Part shown: positions 9,503-20,980 of the stretch, piece by piece
How the letters are laid out: each line of letters opens with the position of its first letter
Numbering within the stretch: the first letter of the stretch is position 1
Assembly (NCBI GenBank): GCA_964439435.1
Contig: CAYTOF010000001.1
Span: 5,585-69,584, forward strand
Reading direction: 5' to 3'
Source: an uncultured Oscillospiraceae bacterium
Lineage (GTDB): Bacteria > Bacillota > Clostridia > Oscillospirales > QAMX01
Length of the DNA: 64,000 nt
The notes under the pieces: model-generated
The model's input: only the letters and a program-made list of their open reading frames with translations
Databases searched by the model: none
Told to the model about the DNA's origin: nothing
Made by a program: the position numbers and the translations under genes

Positions 9503-9526
9503 CGTTTTCCTCATTTTCAACAGCCC
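9503..9526 (+). repeat. Copy B of the 24-nt direct repeat CGTTTTCCTCATTTTCAACAGCCC
   Basis: Matches 9387-9410 at 23 of 24 positions and is immediately followed by the AT-rich run. Confidence 0.9.
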
Positions 9527-9594
9527 CTATTATTACTAATATAAATAAATAATATTATATGGCTTACCCAGCCATTTTGTGCGGGAGGATCTTT

Positions 9595-10698
9595 ATGAAA
9601 TTTAATTTAGAAAAATCAGACCTATTAAATGCAACTCTCACAGCTCTGCGTGCCGTACCCTCAAAAAGTCCGATTCCGGCTCTTGAAGGACTGCTGGTAA
9701 AGGCCGGCGAAAACATTTCAATAAGCGGATATGACCTTGAAATAGGCATAACCCACACCGTCGATGCCACAATTGCAGAAGTAGGAGAAGCTGTTTTTCC
9801 TGCAAGGCTTTTCTCTGATATCGTGCGCAAATTGCCCGACGAAACCGTTTACATCGAAACAGACAGAGAAAACAGGGTCAATATCAGATGCGGTCTCTCT
9901 TCATACAATTTCACCTCCCTCGAAGCTGAAGAATTTCCTGAAATACCGGTGATAACCGGTGAGCAGAGCCATGAAATTTCGGCAGACACGCTCAAAAGTA
10001 TGATAAACAAATCTGTTTATGCCGCTGCCATAAACGATGTCAAGCCTATTTTAACTGGGTCTTTATTCGACATAAAAGGAAATGCCATCAGAATTGTCTC
10101 CACAGACAATTTCAGATTGGCGGTCAGCACAGGCCTGTTAAACGAAAGCTCGCAGGGCGATTATTCCTTTATCGTGCCGGCAACAACCCTTAGGGAAATC
10201 GAAAAAATCCTCAAAAACGACGACTCAAAGGTAATGATCTATGCAACACAAAAACACATGCTCGTTCAATCATCTGACACTGTCATCATTTCACGGTTGA
10301 TCGAAGGACAGTTTTTCAAATACGAAAGCTCCATGTCTTTGGACACCAAAAACAGCATCACCGTGATCACAAAGGATTTCTTGGAGAGTGTGGAGCGCGT
10401 GACACCTGTCATAAACGAAAAACTCAAAAACCCGCTTAAATGCAAATTTGAAGATGGTTCGGTGAAAATATCATATGTTTCAGCAATGGCACGAGCCTAT
10501 GACGAATGTGTTTTCAGGGGCGAATGTGAAAATATAGAAATTTCCCTGTCGAACAGATACCTGCATGATGCCCTCTCTGCCGCGTCAAAAGAGCATGAAA
10601 TAATGCTCGAATTCAACTCCCCCTCTTCTCCTCTCATAATAAAGCCCGTGGAAGGCGAAAGGTTTTTCTACATGATAGCACCGGTTAGACCACAATGA
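9595..10698 (+). CDS. dnaN: DNA polymerase III beta sliding clamp
   Basis: Synteny after dnaA and the typical N-terminus MKFNLEKSDLL. Start moved from 9559 to ATG 9595, with GGGAGGA 7 nt upstream. Confidence 0.95.
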   Translation: MKFNLEKSDLLNATLTALRAVPSKSPIPALEGLLVKAGENISISGYDLEIGITHTVDATIAEVGEAVFPARLFSDIVRKLPDETVYIETDRENRVNIRCGLSSYNFTSLEAEEFPEIPVITGEQSHEISADTLKSMINKSVYAAAINDVKPILTGSLFDIKGNAIRIVSTDNFRLAVSTGLLNESSQGDYSFIVPATTLREIEKILKNDDSKVMIYATQKHMLVQSSDTVIISRLIEGQFFKYESSMSLDTKNSITVITKDFLESVERVTPVINEKLKNPLKCKFEDGSVKISYVSAMARAYDECVFRGECENIEISLSNRYLHDALSAASKEHEIMLEFNSPSSPLIIKPVEGERFFYMIAPVRPQ

Positions 10699-10916
10699 GA
10701 AAAGAAGTGACATTTACAACAGAATATATAAAACTTGACTCCTTTCTAAAGCTTGGCGGAGTTGCGCAGAGCGGAGGAACGGCAAAGTTTTTGATTTCGC
10801 AGGGCCATGTAGAGGTAAACAATGTTGTTTGCACCCAAAGAGGCAAAAAATTATATGGCGGAGAGACGGTATTAGTAAATTCTGAGGAATATATAGCTCT
10901 AAGAATGGACAAATAA
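10695..10916 (+). CDS. yaaA: S4-domain RNA-binding protein YaaA
   Basis: 73-aa ORF overlapping the dnaN stop (ATGA). S4-like pattern IKLDSFLKLGGVAQSGGTAKFLI..G.V.VN. Its position between dnaN and recF is as in Bacillus. Confidence 0.85.
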   Translation: MRKEVTFTTEYIKLDSFLKLGGVAQSGGTAKFLISQGHVEVNNVVCTQRGKKLYGGETVLVNSEEYIALRMDK

Positions 10917-12035
10917 ATGACAGTAAAGTCAATTTACATAAAAAACTATAGAAATTTCCAGGAAGCAAAGATAGAATTTCACGACTGTGTCAATATTATC
11001 ATGGGAGGCAATGCCAACGGAAAAACAAACTTGCTTGAAAGTCTTTGTTATCTTTCGACCTTGCGTGGCATAAGACCTTCAAAAGACAGCGAGATTATAC
11101 GTCACGGGGCTGAAAATGGCCACATTTTGGCCACGGTTCAAACAGGAGAGAGAAAACAAAAGCTTGATATCTGCCTCTCCACTACAGAGAGGCGTAGGCT
11201 TTGTTTAAACGGAGTCAGACAAAGAAGTGGAGCAACTTTTGCCGGTGTTTTAAAGACGGTGATTTTCTCCCCGGATGATCTCTTTCTCATAAAAGAAGGA
11301 GCCGTTCAGAGAAGAAGGTTGCTTGACGGTGCCCTTTGTCAAATGAGACCGGCATATTTTTCAGCTCTTTCCGAATATACAAAATTACTTCAACAAAAAA
11401 GCAGGATTTTGAAAAACAGCATTGACAAGCCAAGTCTGCTTTCGCTTATACCTCAATACAATGAGCGCATGGCACAGTATGGCGCGCGCATCATTGCTCT
11501 GAGACATGCCTACAGTGAAAAACTGTCTGAACACTCTGACATCCTGTGCAGAGCAATTTCCGGGAACAAAGACTCTCTTTCCCTGAAATATCGCTCTTTA
11601 TCGAACATAACGGACACGTCGCTTCCGGAAGAAGAGCTCTATAAGCTCATAATACAACATCAAAAAAATCATCATGCCGCTGAAATGGCCTCGAGATCCT
11701 GTTTGTCCGGGCCGCATAAAGACGATTTGGAAATAGAGATAAACGGTATTTTAGCAAAATCCTATGCATCTCAAGGGCAGATCAGGTCAGCGGTGCTTTC
11801 TATAAAACTTGCCCAAAGGGAGATCTTCTTTGAAGACAGCGGAAGCTATCCCATATTGCTTTTAGACGATGTTCTCTCGGAGCTTGATGCGGACAGACAG
11901 AGTTTTGTTTTAAATAAAATCGGAACGGGACAGGTTTTCATAACAAGTTGCTCCGCCGATAAAAACACATCTATGTTGACCGGAAGGAGTTTTCAGATTG
12001 AAAACGGAGCGGTTACGAATATAAGAGATCTGTGA
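10917..12035 (+). CDS. recF: DNA replication/repair protein RecF
   Basis: Walker A GGNANGKTNLLE and the C-terminal motif LLLDDVLSELD. Confidence 0.95.
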   Translation: MTVKSIYIKNYRNFQEAKIEFHDCVNIIMGGNANGKTNLLESLCYLSTLRGIRPSKDSEIIRHGAENGHILATVQTGERKQKLDICLSTTERRRLCLNGVRQRSGATFAGVLKTVIFSPDDLFLIKEGAVQRRRLLDGALCQMRPAYFSALSEYTKLLQQKSRILKNSIDKPSLLSLIPQYNERMAQYGARIIALRHAYSEKLSEHSDILCRAISGNKDSLSLKYRSLSNITDTSLPEEELYKLIIQHQKNHHAAEMASRSCLSGPHKDDLEIEINGILAKSYASQGQIRSAVLSIKLAQREIFFEDSGSYPILLLDDVLSELDADRQSFVLNKIGTGQVFITSCSADKNTSMLTGRSFQIENGAVTNIRDL

Positions 12036-12042
12036 GGTATGT

Positions 12043-12303
12043 ATGTATTTGCATCTTGGAGCTGATGTCCTGGTCAGATACCGCGACATCATAGCAATTT
12101 TAGATATTGACAATACAACGATTTCAAATACCACGCGTGATTTTCTCGCCCGTGCACAAAAAAGCGGAGAGATTTTTAATGTGAGTGAAGATCTGCCGAA
12201 ATCTTTTGTATTGTGTCAAAGAGATGGGAAAGAAAGTGTGTATATCACACAGATATCCCCAAAAACACTCTATGGACGAACTCTGCGTTCTGCTTTGGAG
12301 TAA
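12043..12303 (+). CDS. DUF370 protein (YaaB/RemB-like)
   Basis: 86 aa located between recF and gyrB, as for Bacillus yaaB. It has the RemA-family-like C-terminal motif (ISPKTLYGR). Confidence 0.7.
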   Translation: MYLHLGADVLVRYRDIIAILDIDNTTISNTTRDFLARAQKSGEIFNVSEDLPKSFVLCQRDGKESVYITQISPKTLYGRTLRSALE

Positions 12304-12309
12304 AGATAA

Positions 12310-14256
<1,947 letters not shown>

Positions 14257-14280
14257 ATAGGACAAGGAGGATATCCACCG

Positions 14281-16872
14281 ATGCCTGAAAACAGCAGAAT
14301 CATTGAAATAGATATAGAACGAGAATTAAAAAAATCATTTATGGAATATGCCCTCTCCGTCATCGTCGCAAGAGCTTTGCCCGATGTCAGGGATGGCTTG
14401 AAACCCGTTCACCGGCGTATTTTATACACAATGTTTGAGACAGGGTTGACCCCTGACAGAGCATATCGCAAGTCCGTCGCCGCAGTCGGCGACGTGCTGG
14501 GTAAGTACCATCCCCACGGTGAGAGCGCGGTCTATGACACCATGGTGCGCATGGCGCAAGACTTTTCACTTAGATATCCCTTGGTCGACGGTCACGGAAA
14601 CTTTGGCTCCATAGACGGCGATCCGGCAGCGGCATACAGATACACCGAGGCCAAGATGGCAAAGCTTTCCCTTGAAATGTTGAGGGATATAGAAAAAGAC
14701 ACCGTCGATTTCAGACCAAACTACGACGGCAGACTAAAAGAGCCCACAGTTTTGCCCTCAAGATTTCCCAACTTGCTTGTAAACGGTTCTTCGGGCATAG
14801 CGGTGGGCATGGCAACAAATATACCGCCTCACAACCTGCGAGAAGTCGTGGACGGTGCACTGCACCTGCTTGAAAACCCCGACATTGACTTTGAAACCCT
14901 GACAAGCTTCATACCGGGCCCGGACTTCCCCACGGGGGGGATTATCATGGGGCGTTCCGGCATAAGAGCCGCGTACGCCACGGGGCGCGGACGCATAAAA
15001 GTTCGCGGGAAAACAGAAATAGAAGAGTTTGAAAACGGACGAAATCGCATCATCATAACGGAAATTCCCTATCTCGTAAACAAATCAAGGCTTTGTGAGA
15101 CAATAGGTGAGTTGGTTAAAGAAAAACGCATTGAGGGCATAACGGCTCTGCGAGATGAAACAAACCGCAAGGGCATACGCGTTGTGGTGGAACTCAACAG
15201 ACAGGCCAATGCAGCTGTTGTTTTAAACCAACTTTTCAGATATACGCAGCTCGAAGAGACCTTTGCCGTCAGCATGCTTGCGTTGGTGGACAATACCCCC
15301 AAAGTGCTTGATCTGAAATCAATGCTCTATCACTATCTTGAGCACCAAAAAGAAGTGATTGTGCGCCGCACAAAGTTTGAGATGAAAAGAGCTCAAGACA
15401 GAGCGCATATCTTGGAGGGTTTGCGTCTTGCCGTGGACAATATCGACGAAGTTGTGCGCATCATACGGGCCTCAGGTAATGTGCCCGAGGCAAAACAGGC
15501 GTTGATGGACAGATTTTCCGGAATCGATGTCTCAAACCTCTTAAGACGCAGTGAAGCGGGCTTTGACGACGAGAGGGATAACTATTCCGGCCTGACAGAA
15601 GAGCAAGCAAATGCTATAGTCAGCATGACCCTGGGACAGCTCACAGGTCTCGGAGTTGACAGAATTGTCGCCGAATACGAAGAAAAAAGCGCGATTGTGG
15701 CCAGATGCAGAGAAATTCTCTCTAGTGAAGCACATGTGAACGCTCTGATAAAAGAAGAGCTGCTGGACATAAAGAGGAGATTTGGCGACGAGCGGCGGAC
15801 ATATATCGAGCCCGTGGACAACGAAATCGACATAGATGACCTTATAAAAGAAGAGACCTGCGTGTTCACTTTGACAAGGAGAGGCTATATAAAGCGTATC
15901 CCTGCGGAGACTTACAGAGTCCAGCGCAGAGGCGGCCGAGGTGTTGCCGGCATGGGCATAAGGGAAGAAGACGTGGCTCTGAGCTTGTTTGTTGGATTTA
16001 CACATGACTACATCTTGTTTTTCACCAGCAAGGGGCGCGTTTACAGGCTAAAAGGATATCAGATCCCTGAGGCAAGCCGAACATCAAAAGGTACGAATAT
16101 TGTAAATCTCCTTGAGCTTGAACCAAATGAAAGAATCACAGCGATGTTGCATGCCAAAGAAGAGGAGAGCGAAGAAAAATACTTCTTGTTTGTCACAAAA
16201 CAAGGCATCGCAAAACGCATGTCGATTGGAGAATTGAAATCCTTTAGGCGCACGGGCGTCCGTGCGTTGAAAATCGGAGAAGATGACACTCTGATGAGTG
16301 TTATGCTCACCGAGGGAGACGATGATATCATAATTGCCTCTCGCAAAGGCCGAGCGGTGAGCTTCAATGAAAACACAGTGCGCCCCATGGGACGCGCAGC
16401 TGCCGGTGTTATCGGAATCAGACTGGAAAAGGGCGACGAAGTTATCGGAGCTTCGGTCTTGGAAGAAGGCAGCTACGTTCTCACAGTGACGGAAAACGGA
16501 TACGGCAAGTTGACACCGGAAGAGGAGTACCCAAGATACAACAGAGGTACAAAAGGTGTAGTCTTGCACAACATCACAGAAAAAACAGGGGATGTGGCAG
16601 GCTTGCTAATCACCCCCTCAACGGGAGACATACTTCTCATATCCAGTGAAGGCACTCTCATCCGCACGGAGATTTCCACTATACGCATCTGTGGCAGAGC
16701 ATCTCAAGGCGTCATTGTCATGCGTACCGGAGAAGAGGAAAAGGTCATCAGTATCGCACAGACACCTGCGGAAGAAGAATGTGACGAGGACGACGAAGAC
16801 TGTGAACTCTCGGAGGAAAATGAGGACGACGATTACGAGGATTCCTCGGATAACGATATCGAAGAGGACTAA
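14281..16872 (+). CDS. gyrA: DNA gyrase subunit A, with a long acidic C-terminal tail
   Basis: Active-site region [11 protein letters not shown]. The C-terminal ~45 residues are rich in D/E ([33 protein letters not shown]). Confidence 0.97.
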   Translation: MPENSRIIEIDIERELKKSFMEYALSVIVARALPDVRDGLKPVHRRILYTMFETGLTPDRAYRKSVAAVGDVLGKYHPHGESAVYDTMVRMAQDFSLRYPLVDGHGNFGSIDGDPAAAYRYTEAKMAKLSLEMLRDIEKDTVDFRPNYDGRLKEPTVLPSRFPNLLVNGSSGIAVGMATNIPPHNLREVVDGALHLLENPDIDFETLTSFIPGPDFPTGGIIMGRSGIRAAYATGRGRIKVRGKTEIEEFENGRNRIIITEIPYLVNKSRLCETIGELVKEKRIEGITALRDETNRKGIRVVVELNRQANAAVVLNQLFRYTQLEETFAVSMLALVDNTPKVLDLKSMLYHYLEHQKEVIVRRTKFEMKRAQDRAHILEGLRLAVDNIDEVVRIIRASGNVPEAKQALMDRFSGIDVSNLLRRSEAGFDDERDNYSGLTEEQANAIVSMTLGQLTGLGVDRIVAEYEEKSAIVARCREILSSEAHVNALIKEELLDIKRRFGDERRTYIEPVDNEIDIDDLIKEETCVFTLTRRGYIKRIPAETYRVQRRGGRGVAGMGIREEDVALSLFVGFTHDYILFFTSKGRVYRLKGYQIPEASRTSKGTNIVNLLELEPNERITAMLHAKEEESEEKYFLFVTKQGIAKRMSIGELKSFRRTGVRALKIGEDDTLMSVMLTEGDDDIIIASRKGRAVSFNENTVRPMGRAAAGVIGIRLEKGDEVIGASVLEEGSYVLTVTENGYGKLTPEEEYPRYNRGTKGVVLHNITEKTGDVAGLLITPSTGDILLISSEGTLIRTEISTIRICGRASQGVIVMRTGEEEKVISIAQTPAEEECDEDDEDCELSEENEDDDYEDSSDNDIEED

Positions 16873-16884
16873 AAGAGTTTGATA

Positions 16885-16933
16885 TGTGGAGAACTTTGTG
16901 GAAGCTGTGGACATTTATGTGAAAGCATGTGGA
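16885..16933 (+). repeat. Array of five same-orientation TGTG(G/A)A hexamers
   Basis: Hexamer starts are at 16885, 16897, 16906, 16918 and 16928. The first 9-mer, TGTGGAGAA, matches TGTGGATAA at 8 of 9 positions. Confidence 0.9.
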
Positions 16934-16983
16934 AAGAAAGGCCGCATATCATGGGTTTATGACACAGGAAAGGCAAGCGTATT

Positions 16984-17436
16984 ATGGGCAAAAAAAAAGT
17001 CACCATATATACAGATGGTGCCTGTCTCGGCAACCCGGGGCCCGGCGGATACGGTGCCATTCTCGAATACAGAGGAAATAGGCGCGAGATATCTGATGGC
17101 GAAATAATGACAACGAACAACCGCATGGAGCTTATGGGAGTTATTTCGGCTCTTGTGGAACTAAAAGAACCCTGCGAGGTCGACCTCTTCACGGATTCAC
17201 GATATATTGTCGATGCCGTGAACAAAGGTTGGGCCAAACGATGGCAAAATTCGGGCTGGATGAGAAACAAGAAAGAGCCCGCTCTGAACGCAGATTTGTG
17301 GGAGGAGTTGCTTTTGTTACTTGACAAACACAAAGTGTATTTTCACTGGGTCAAAGGACATGCCGACAACGCGGACAACAACAGATGTGATGAGTTGGCC
17401 GTGGCGGAGGCAAAAAAAAGAGCAAAAGAGTCTTAA
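16984..17436 (+). CDS. rnhA: Ribonuclease HI
   Basis: Motifs [21 protein letters not shown] and [14 protein letters not shown]. Confidence 0.93.
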   Translation: MGKKKVTIYTDGACLGNPGPGGYGAILEYRGNRREISDGEIMTTNNRMELMGVISALVELKEPCEVDLFTDSRYIVDAVNKGWAKRWQNSGWMRNKKEPALNADLWEELLLLLDKHKVYFHWVKGHADNADNNRCDELAVAEAKKRAKES

Positions 17437-17498
17437 ATCAAATAAAAGGACCAAGCCCGTGGCAAAAGCCGCGGGCATTGCCAAAGGAAGGTATGCCC

Positions 17499-18665
17499 AT
17501 GGACAAGAAATTTGTATACGCGGACAACGCTGCGACAACAAGAACATGCGAAGAGGCAATTGAAGCGATGCAACCGTATTTTACGAAGTATTACGGAAAC
17601 CCCTCCTCCATATATTCCTTCGCAAATGAGAGCAGAAAAGCACTTGCAAATGCTCGCCAAGTTATTGCAGAGGCGATAAATGCAGATCCCGGAGAAATCA
17701 TATTCACGAGCGGCGGGACCGAAGCCGACAACCATGCCCTGATTGGCGCCGCCTATGCGGGAGTCAAAAAAGGCAAGCACATCATAACCTCCAAAATAGA
17801 ACACCCTGCGGTGTTGCAGGCGGCGAAAAGGCTGGAAAAAGACGGTTTTGAAGTGACTTATCTGGATGTGGATGAATATGGCACCATTTGGCCGGACACA
17901 CTGCGCAAGGCCATCAAATTGGACACCACAGTGGTGTCGATAATGACGGCAAACAACGAAATAGGCACGATACAACCGATAAAAGAGCTGGCGGCAGTGG
18001 CAAAAGAAAACAAAATCTTTTTTCACACGGATGCTGTGCAAGCAGTCGGTCATATTCCCATCGATGTTTTGGATTTAAACGTGGATGCGCTCTCTTTGAG
18101 TGCCCATAAGTTTTACGGTCCCAAAGGCGTGGGGGCGCTCTATCTGCGGAAAGGCAGCCGTGTGGAAAGACTCATCGAGGGCGGAGGCCAGGAAAGAGGA
18201 AGACGCTCAGGTACAGAGAATGTGGCGGCAATAGCGGGGATGGCTGCAGCCTTGAGAGCATCTGTCAAAAATATGAAGCAAGAGGGCAAAAGGCTTGAAA
18301 AGCTTTGTAAAAGACTTTCTGACGGTCTGCTGAAAATCCCCCATGTGAGCCTGAGCGGACATCCGGAGAACAGACTGCCCGGGCTTTGCAGTGCCATTGT
18401 GGAGTTTATCGAAGGAGAATCCATGATCTTGTTGCTGGATATGGAGGGCATCTGCGCTTCGACGGGCTCTGCCTGCTCGACGGGCTCCCTTGACCCTTCG
18501 CATGTGCTCATGGCGATAGGGCTGCCCCATGAGGTTGCCCACGGTTCCCTCAGATTGTCCCTTGGCAGATATGAAACAGAGCAGGATGTGGATTATATAC
18601 TGGAAAAGCTTGTGCCGATAGTGGAGAAATTGCGGGCGATGTCGCCCGTCTGGCCGTATAAATAA
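17499..18665 (+). CDS. nifS: Cysteine desulfurase NifS
   Basis: PLP-lysine motif SAHKFYGPKG and active-site GSACS. Start moved from 17478 to ATG 17499, with AAGGAAGG 7 nt upstream. Confidence 0.93.
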   Translation: MDKKFVYADNAATTRTCEEAIEAMQPYFTKYYGNPSSIYSFANESRKALANARQVIAEAINADPGEIIFTSGGTEADNHALIGAAYAGVKKGKHIITSKIEHPAVLQAAKRLEKDGFEVTYLDVDEYGTIWPDTLRKAIKLDTTVVSIMTANNEIGTIQPIKELAAVAKENKIFFHTDAVQAVGHIPIDVLDLNVDALSLSAHKFYGPKGVGALYLRKGSRVERLIEGGGQERGRRSGTENVAAIAGMAAALRASVKNMKQEGKRLEKLCKRLSDGLLKIPHVSLSGHPENRLPGLCSAIVEFIEGESMILLLDMEGICASTGSACSTGSLDPSHVLMAIGLPHEVAHGSLRLSLGRYETEQDVDYILEKLVPIVEKLRAMSPVWPYK

Positions 18666-18686
18666 ACATAGTTAGGGGAAATCAGT

Positions 18687-19133
18687 ATGTACAGTGACAG
18701 AGTTATGGATCATTTTGCCCACCCGCGAAATGTCGGCGTTTTAGAAGGCGCCAATGCGGTGGGTCAGGTCGGCAATATGAGATGCGGCGATATCATGAAA
18801 ATATACATGAAAATCGAGGACGACATAATAAAGGAAATAAAGTTTCAAACCTTTGGCTGCGGTGCTGCGGTGGCGACATCTTCAATGGCTACGGAGTTGG
18901 TAAAGGGCAAATCCATAAGTGAGGCGCTTAAGCTGACAAACAAGGCAGTGGTGGAAGCTCTTGAGGGTCTGCCCCCGGTCAAAATACACTGTTCGGTGCT
19001 CGCAGAAGAAGCCGTGAAAGCCGCAATTGCAGATTATTATAAGCGCCAAGGAATTGACCCGGAGCCTATTATCGGCTTTAGCGGAGATTTTGATGCCTGC
19101 CACAGCCATCACGAATTAGAGTCTGATGAATAG
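18687..19133 (+). CDS. nifU: Fe-S cluster scaffold protein NifU/IscU
   Basis: Three conserved Cys contexts (RCGDIM, FGCGAAVA, IHCSVLA), directly after nifS. Confidence 0.92.
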   Translation: MYSDRVMDHFAHPRNVGVLEGANAVGQVGNMRCGDIMKIYMKIEDDIIKEIKFQTFGCGAAVATSSMATELVKGKSISEALKLTNKAVVEALEGLPPVKIHCSVLAEEAVKAAIADYYKRQGIDPEPIIGFSGDFDACHSHHELESDE

Positions 19134-19161
19134 ATAGGAAAATATGTCTAAGAGATGTGTA

Positions 19162-19207
19162 AACTCCCCATAAATCCCGAGAAGGGAAATATGGGGAGTT
19201 TTCTTTG
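19162..19207 (+). terminator. Rho-independent terminator after nifU
   Basis: Stem AACTCCCCAT / ATGGGGAGTT with an inner TCCC/GGGA stem, followed by TTCTTT. Confidence 0.75.
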
Positions 19208-19270
19208 AAGAAACTCTCATATCAAGGCATCTGCGTCGAAGCAAAGTCTGATGAAAGCAAATCGTCGCGC

Positions 19271-20845
19271 TTATTTTTCGATGTTTTGGTTGCGCAGCGC
19301 GGCTTCGAGGGCATCTCCCAGGAGGGTGCGAGCACCGTAAAAGGCGTCGTCATCGTCGCAGTATGTGAAGATATCATGGGCATCAGTGCCGTAGAGGAAG
19401 TTGTTAAACGAGGGCGAGGGGTTTATTAGGGGATTAGTAAACACCTTCACCTGCTCCTGCGTGAATAGCTTTTTGGCCATGGTGAGCATTTCAAAGTCCT
19501 CAATGCCGTTTTTAACCATCTCCAGGCGAAGCGAACCCACCGGACCGTCAATCCCGACCTCATTGCCGTTGTAGAGCAGATTGCCATCCCCGGGGCGCAC
19601 CTTGTCATATGTAAAGGGGTCTTCCCAAGGAGAGCCGTCACAGTTCCAGTGGTTGGATCTCCAATACAGTAGGCCTTCGACATCATATGCAAACTGTTGC
19701 CAGAACAAAACCCTGTGAGAAGCTCCCGAACCGTCAAGATTTAAGTCGCAATAGGTGACCATGTACGGAAATCCGCACACATACCACCAGATATCATCTC
19801 CGCCTTCGCGCTCTTTTGCCATGCGAGAGAGGACATTGCCGTATTTTTGGAAGATGGCATCCCTGTCATCGTCCGGCGCATAGCCCGCCTTGCCGTCATC
19901 GCCGAACATGTCAGAGCGGAGACACCAACGCGTTTGGTAGGGCTCCAACTGGGCAATACCATCGAGGTCTCCGCCGCGAAATCTGGATTCGCCAAGAGGC
20001 GTTATAATTTGATAATTTGGGTAAAGCCTTTCCAATCGCTGACAGATTTCTTTGTATCTGTCAAAGCCCTCGGGTGTGCTGGGTTCATCGATGGGATAAA
20101 ATACACCTTTTTTGAACCACTCCGGGTTTGAGGAGAGCTTTTTATGGTAGGCGCGCAAAGTATCGTCTTCCAGTGGGAAGGGGATTTGAAAGCTTGTGAC
20201 CCTCGGGTCGTCAAGATATACGTCCGCTCTTTCGTCTAAGATGTCAAAGGGCAGGGAGTAGGCGTTTATTTTATGGTCAAGCAAAAAATCGTAGTACTTT
20301 TTATAGAGCTCTTCTGTTTTGAGTTCGTCGGATTCGTGGAGTTTTTTGATAAAACCTTTGGCAAGTCCAAAGAGCGTACCGCATGAGGGCACATCGGGAA
20401 GGGAAAATCCCCACACACGGGCAGAAAACACCATGCGGTTCAATACTTTTTTGTCCTTTTCAACGCGTATGGCGCCGGTATATATACCTGCCGGGGCATC
20501 TTTTGGAGCCTTCACACGGACATAAAATGAGGGGGAGTTGTTTCTGTCGACATATATCGGGCCGCTTCCGGGCACCAGCGGATCGGGTGTCGGCCGGTTG
20601 CGTACGGGCAGATATGAAATCACGAAAGTTTCAACGGTGAGCTTCTGTCCGCTTGGAGAAGTGGGGTTTTCGGCAAAGACATGAATACCTTCTACGGGGT
20701 CATTGCTCCAGATGGTGAAATTGAATCCGTCCGAGCCGTTTTGGGCAAGATTTGCTCTGTAGGAGGCAAATCCTCCGTCATGGATATCTCTGTAGACTTT
20801 GTGGGTGGGGTGATTAAAGCGACATCGCAGCTCATATTCAGACAT
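19271..20845 (-). CDS. DUF4091-domain protein (GH123-like putative glycosidase)
   Basis: 524-aa ORF with no signal peptide. It shows the C-terminal pattern typical of DUF4091 (WWYVC, EGLLYW, PGDGNLLY). Family call is from memory. Confidence 0.6.
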   Translation of the reverse strand: MSEYELRCRFNHPTHKVYRDIHDGGFASYRANLAQNGSDGFNFTIWSNDPVEGIHVFAENPTSPSGQKLTVETFVISYLPVRNRPTPDPLVPGSGPIYVDRNNSPSFYVRVKAPKDAPAGIYTGAIRVEKDKKVLNRMVFSARVWGFSLPDVPSCGTLFGLAKGFIKKLHESDELKTEELYKKYYDFLLDHKINAYSLPFDILDERADVYLDDPRVTSFQIPFPLEDDTLRAYHKKLSSNPEWFKKGVFYPIDEPSTPEGFDRYKEICQRLERLYPNYQIITPLGESRFRGGDLDGIAQLEPYQTRWCLRSDMFGDDGKAGYAPDDDRDAIFQKYGNVLSRMAKEREGGDDIWWYVCGFPYMVTYCDLNLDGSGASHRVLFWQQFAYDVEGLLYWRSNHWNCDGSPWEDPFTYDKVRPGDGNLLYNGNEVGIDGPVGSLRLEMVKNGIEDFEMLTMAKKLFTQEQVKVFTNPLINPSPSFNNFLYGTDAHDIFTYCDDDDAFYGARTLLGDALEAALRNQNIEK

Positions 20846-20934
20846 AATTGATCCTCCTCTATCAAACCGGTTTATCCGGTATAATGATCCAAATAGGAAA
20901 GGGAGCCTCGTTGAAATCGGTTTTTAAAAGACAC

Positions 20935-20959
20935 AAGTCTGTTTGAATCAAACAGACTT
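20935..20959. terminator. Hairpin between the rnpB 3' end and the DUF4091 gene
   Basis: 12-bp perfect stem AAGTCTGTTTGA / TCAAACAGACTT, U-rich on both strands. Confidence 0.6.
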
Positions 20960-20980
20960 TTTAAAAATATGTATGAAAAG

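Larger units (their letters stand above)
9371..9594. other. Putative oriC segment (dnaA-dnaN spacer) with DnaA-box-like sites, a 24-nt direct repeat and an AT-rich unwinding element
   Basis: Box-like 9-mers: CAATCCACA (9374-9382, 7/9 to TTATCCACA), TTTTCCTCA twice, and TGTGCAAAA. Positions 9528-9560 form a 33-nt run with a single C. The gene-strand polarity switch is centred on dnaA. Confidence 0.6.

Noticed and set aside
16879-16962. Reading the Cys-rich micro-ORF as a SCIFF/ranthipeptide-type RiPP precursor
   Set aside because: No radical-SAM maturase, protease or exporter gene is adjacent (the neighbours are gyrA and rnhA), and the peptide lacks a recognisable leader. The specific RiPP interpretation is dropped, while the micro-ORF itself stays open.
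16886-17107. 73-aa track ORF starting in the TGTGGA array and overlapping rnhA
   Set aside because: It overlaps 124 nt of the well-supported rnhA gene in another frame and has no SD. The hexamer array is better explained by the two hypotheses given in the findings.
17433-18053. 206-aa minus-strand ORF inside nifS
   Set aside because: It is antisense to a cysteine desulfurase with PLP-Lys and active-site Cys motifs, and its composition is Cys/Arg/Phe-rich noise.
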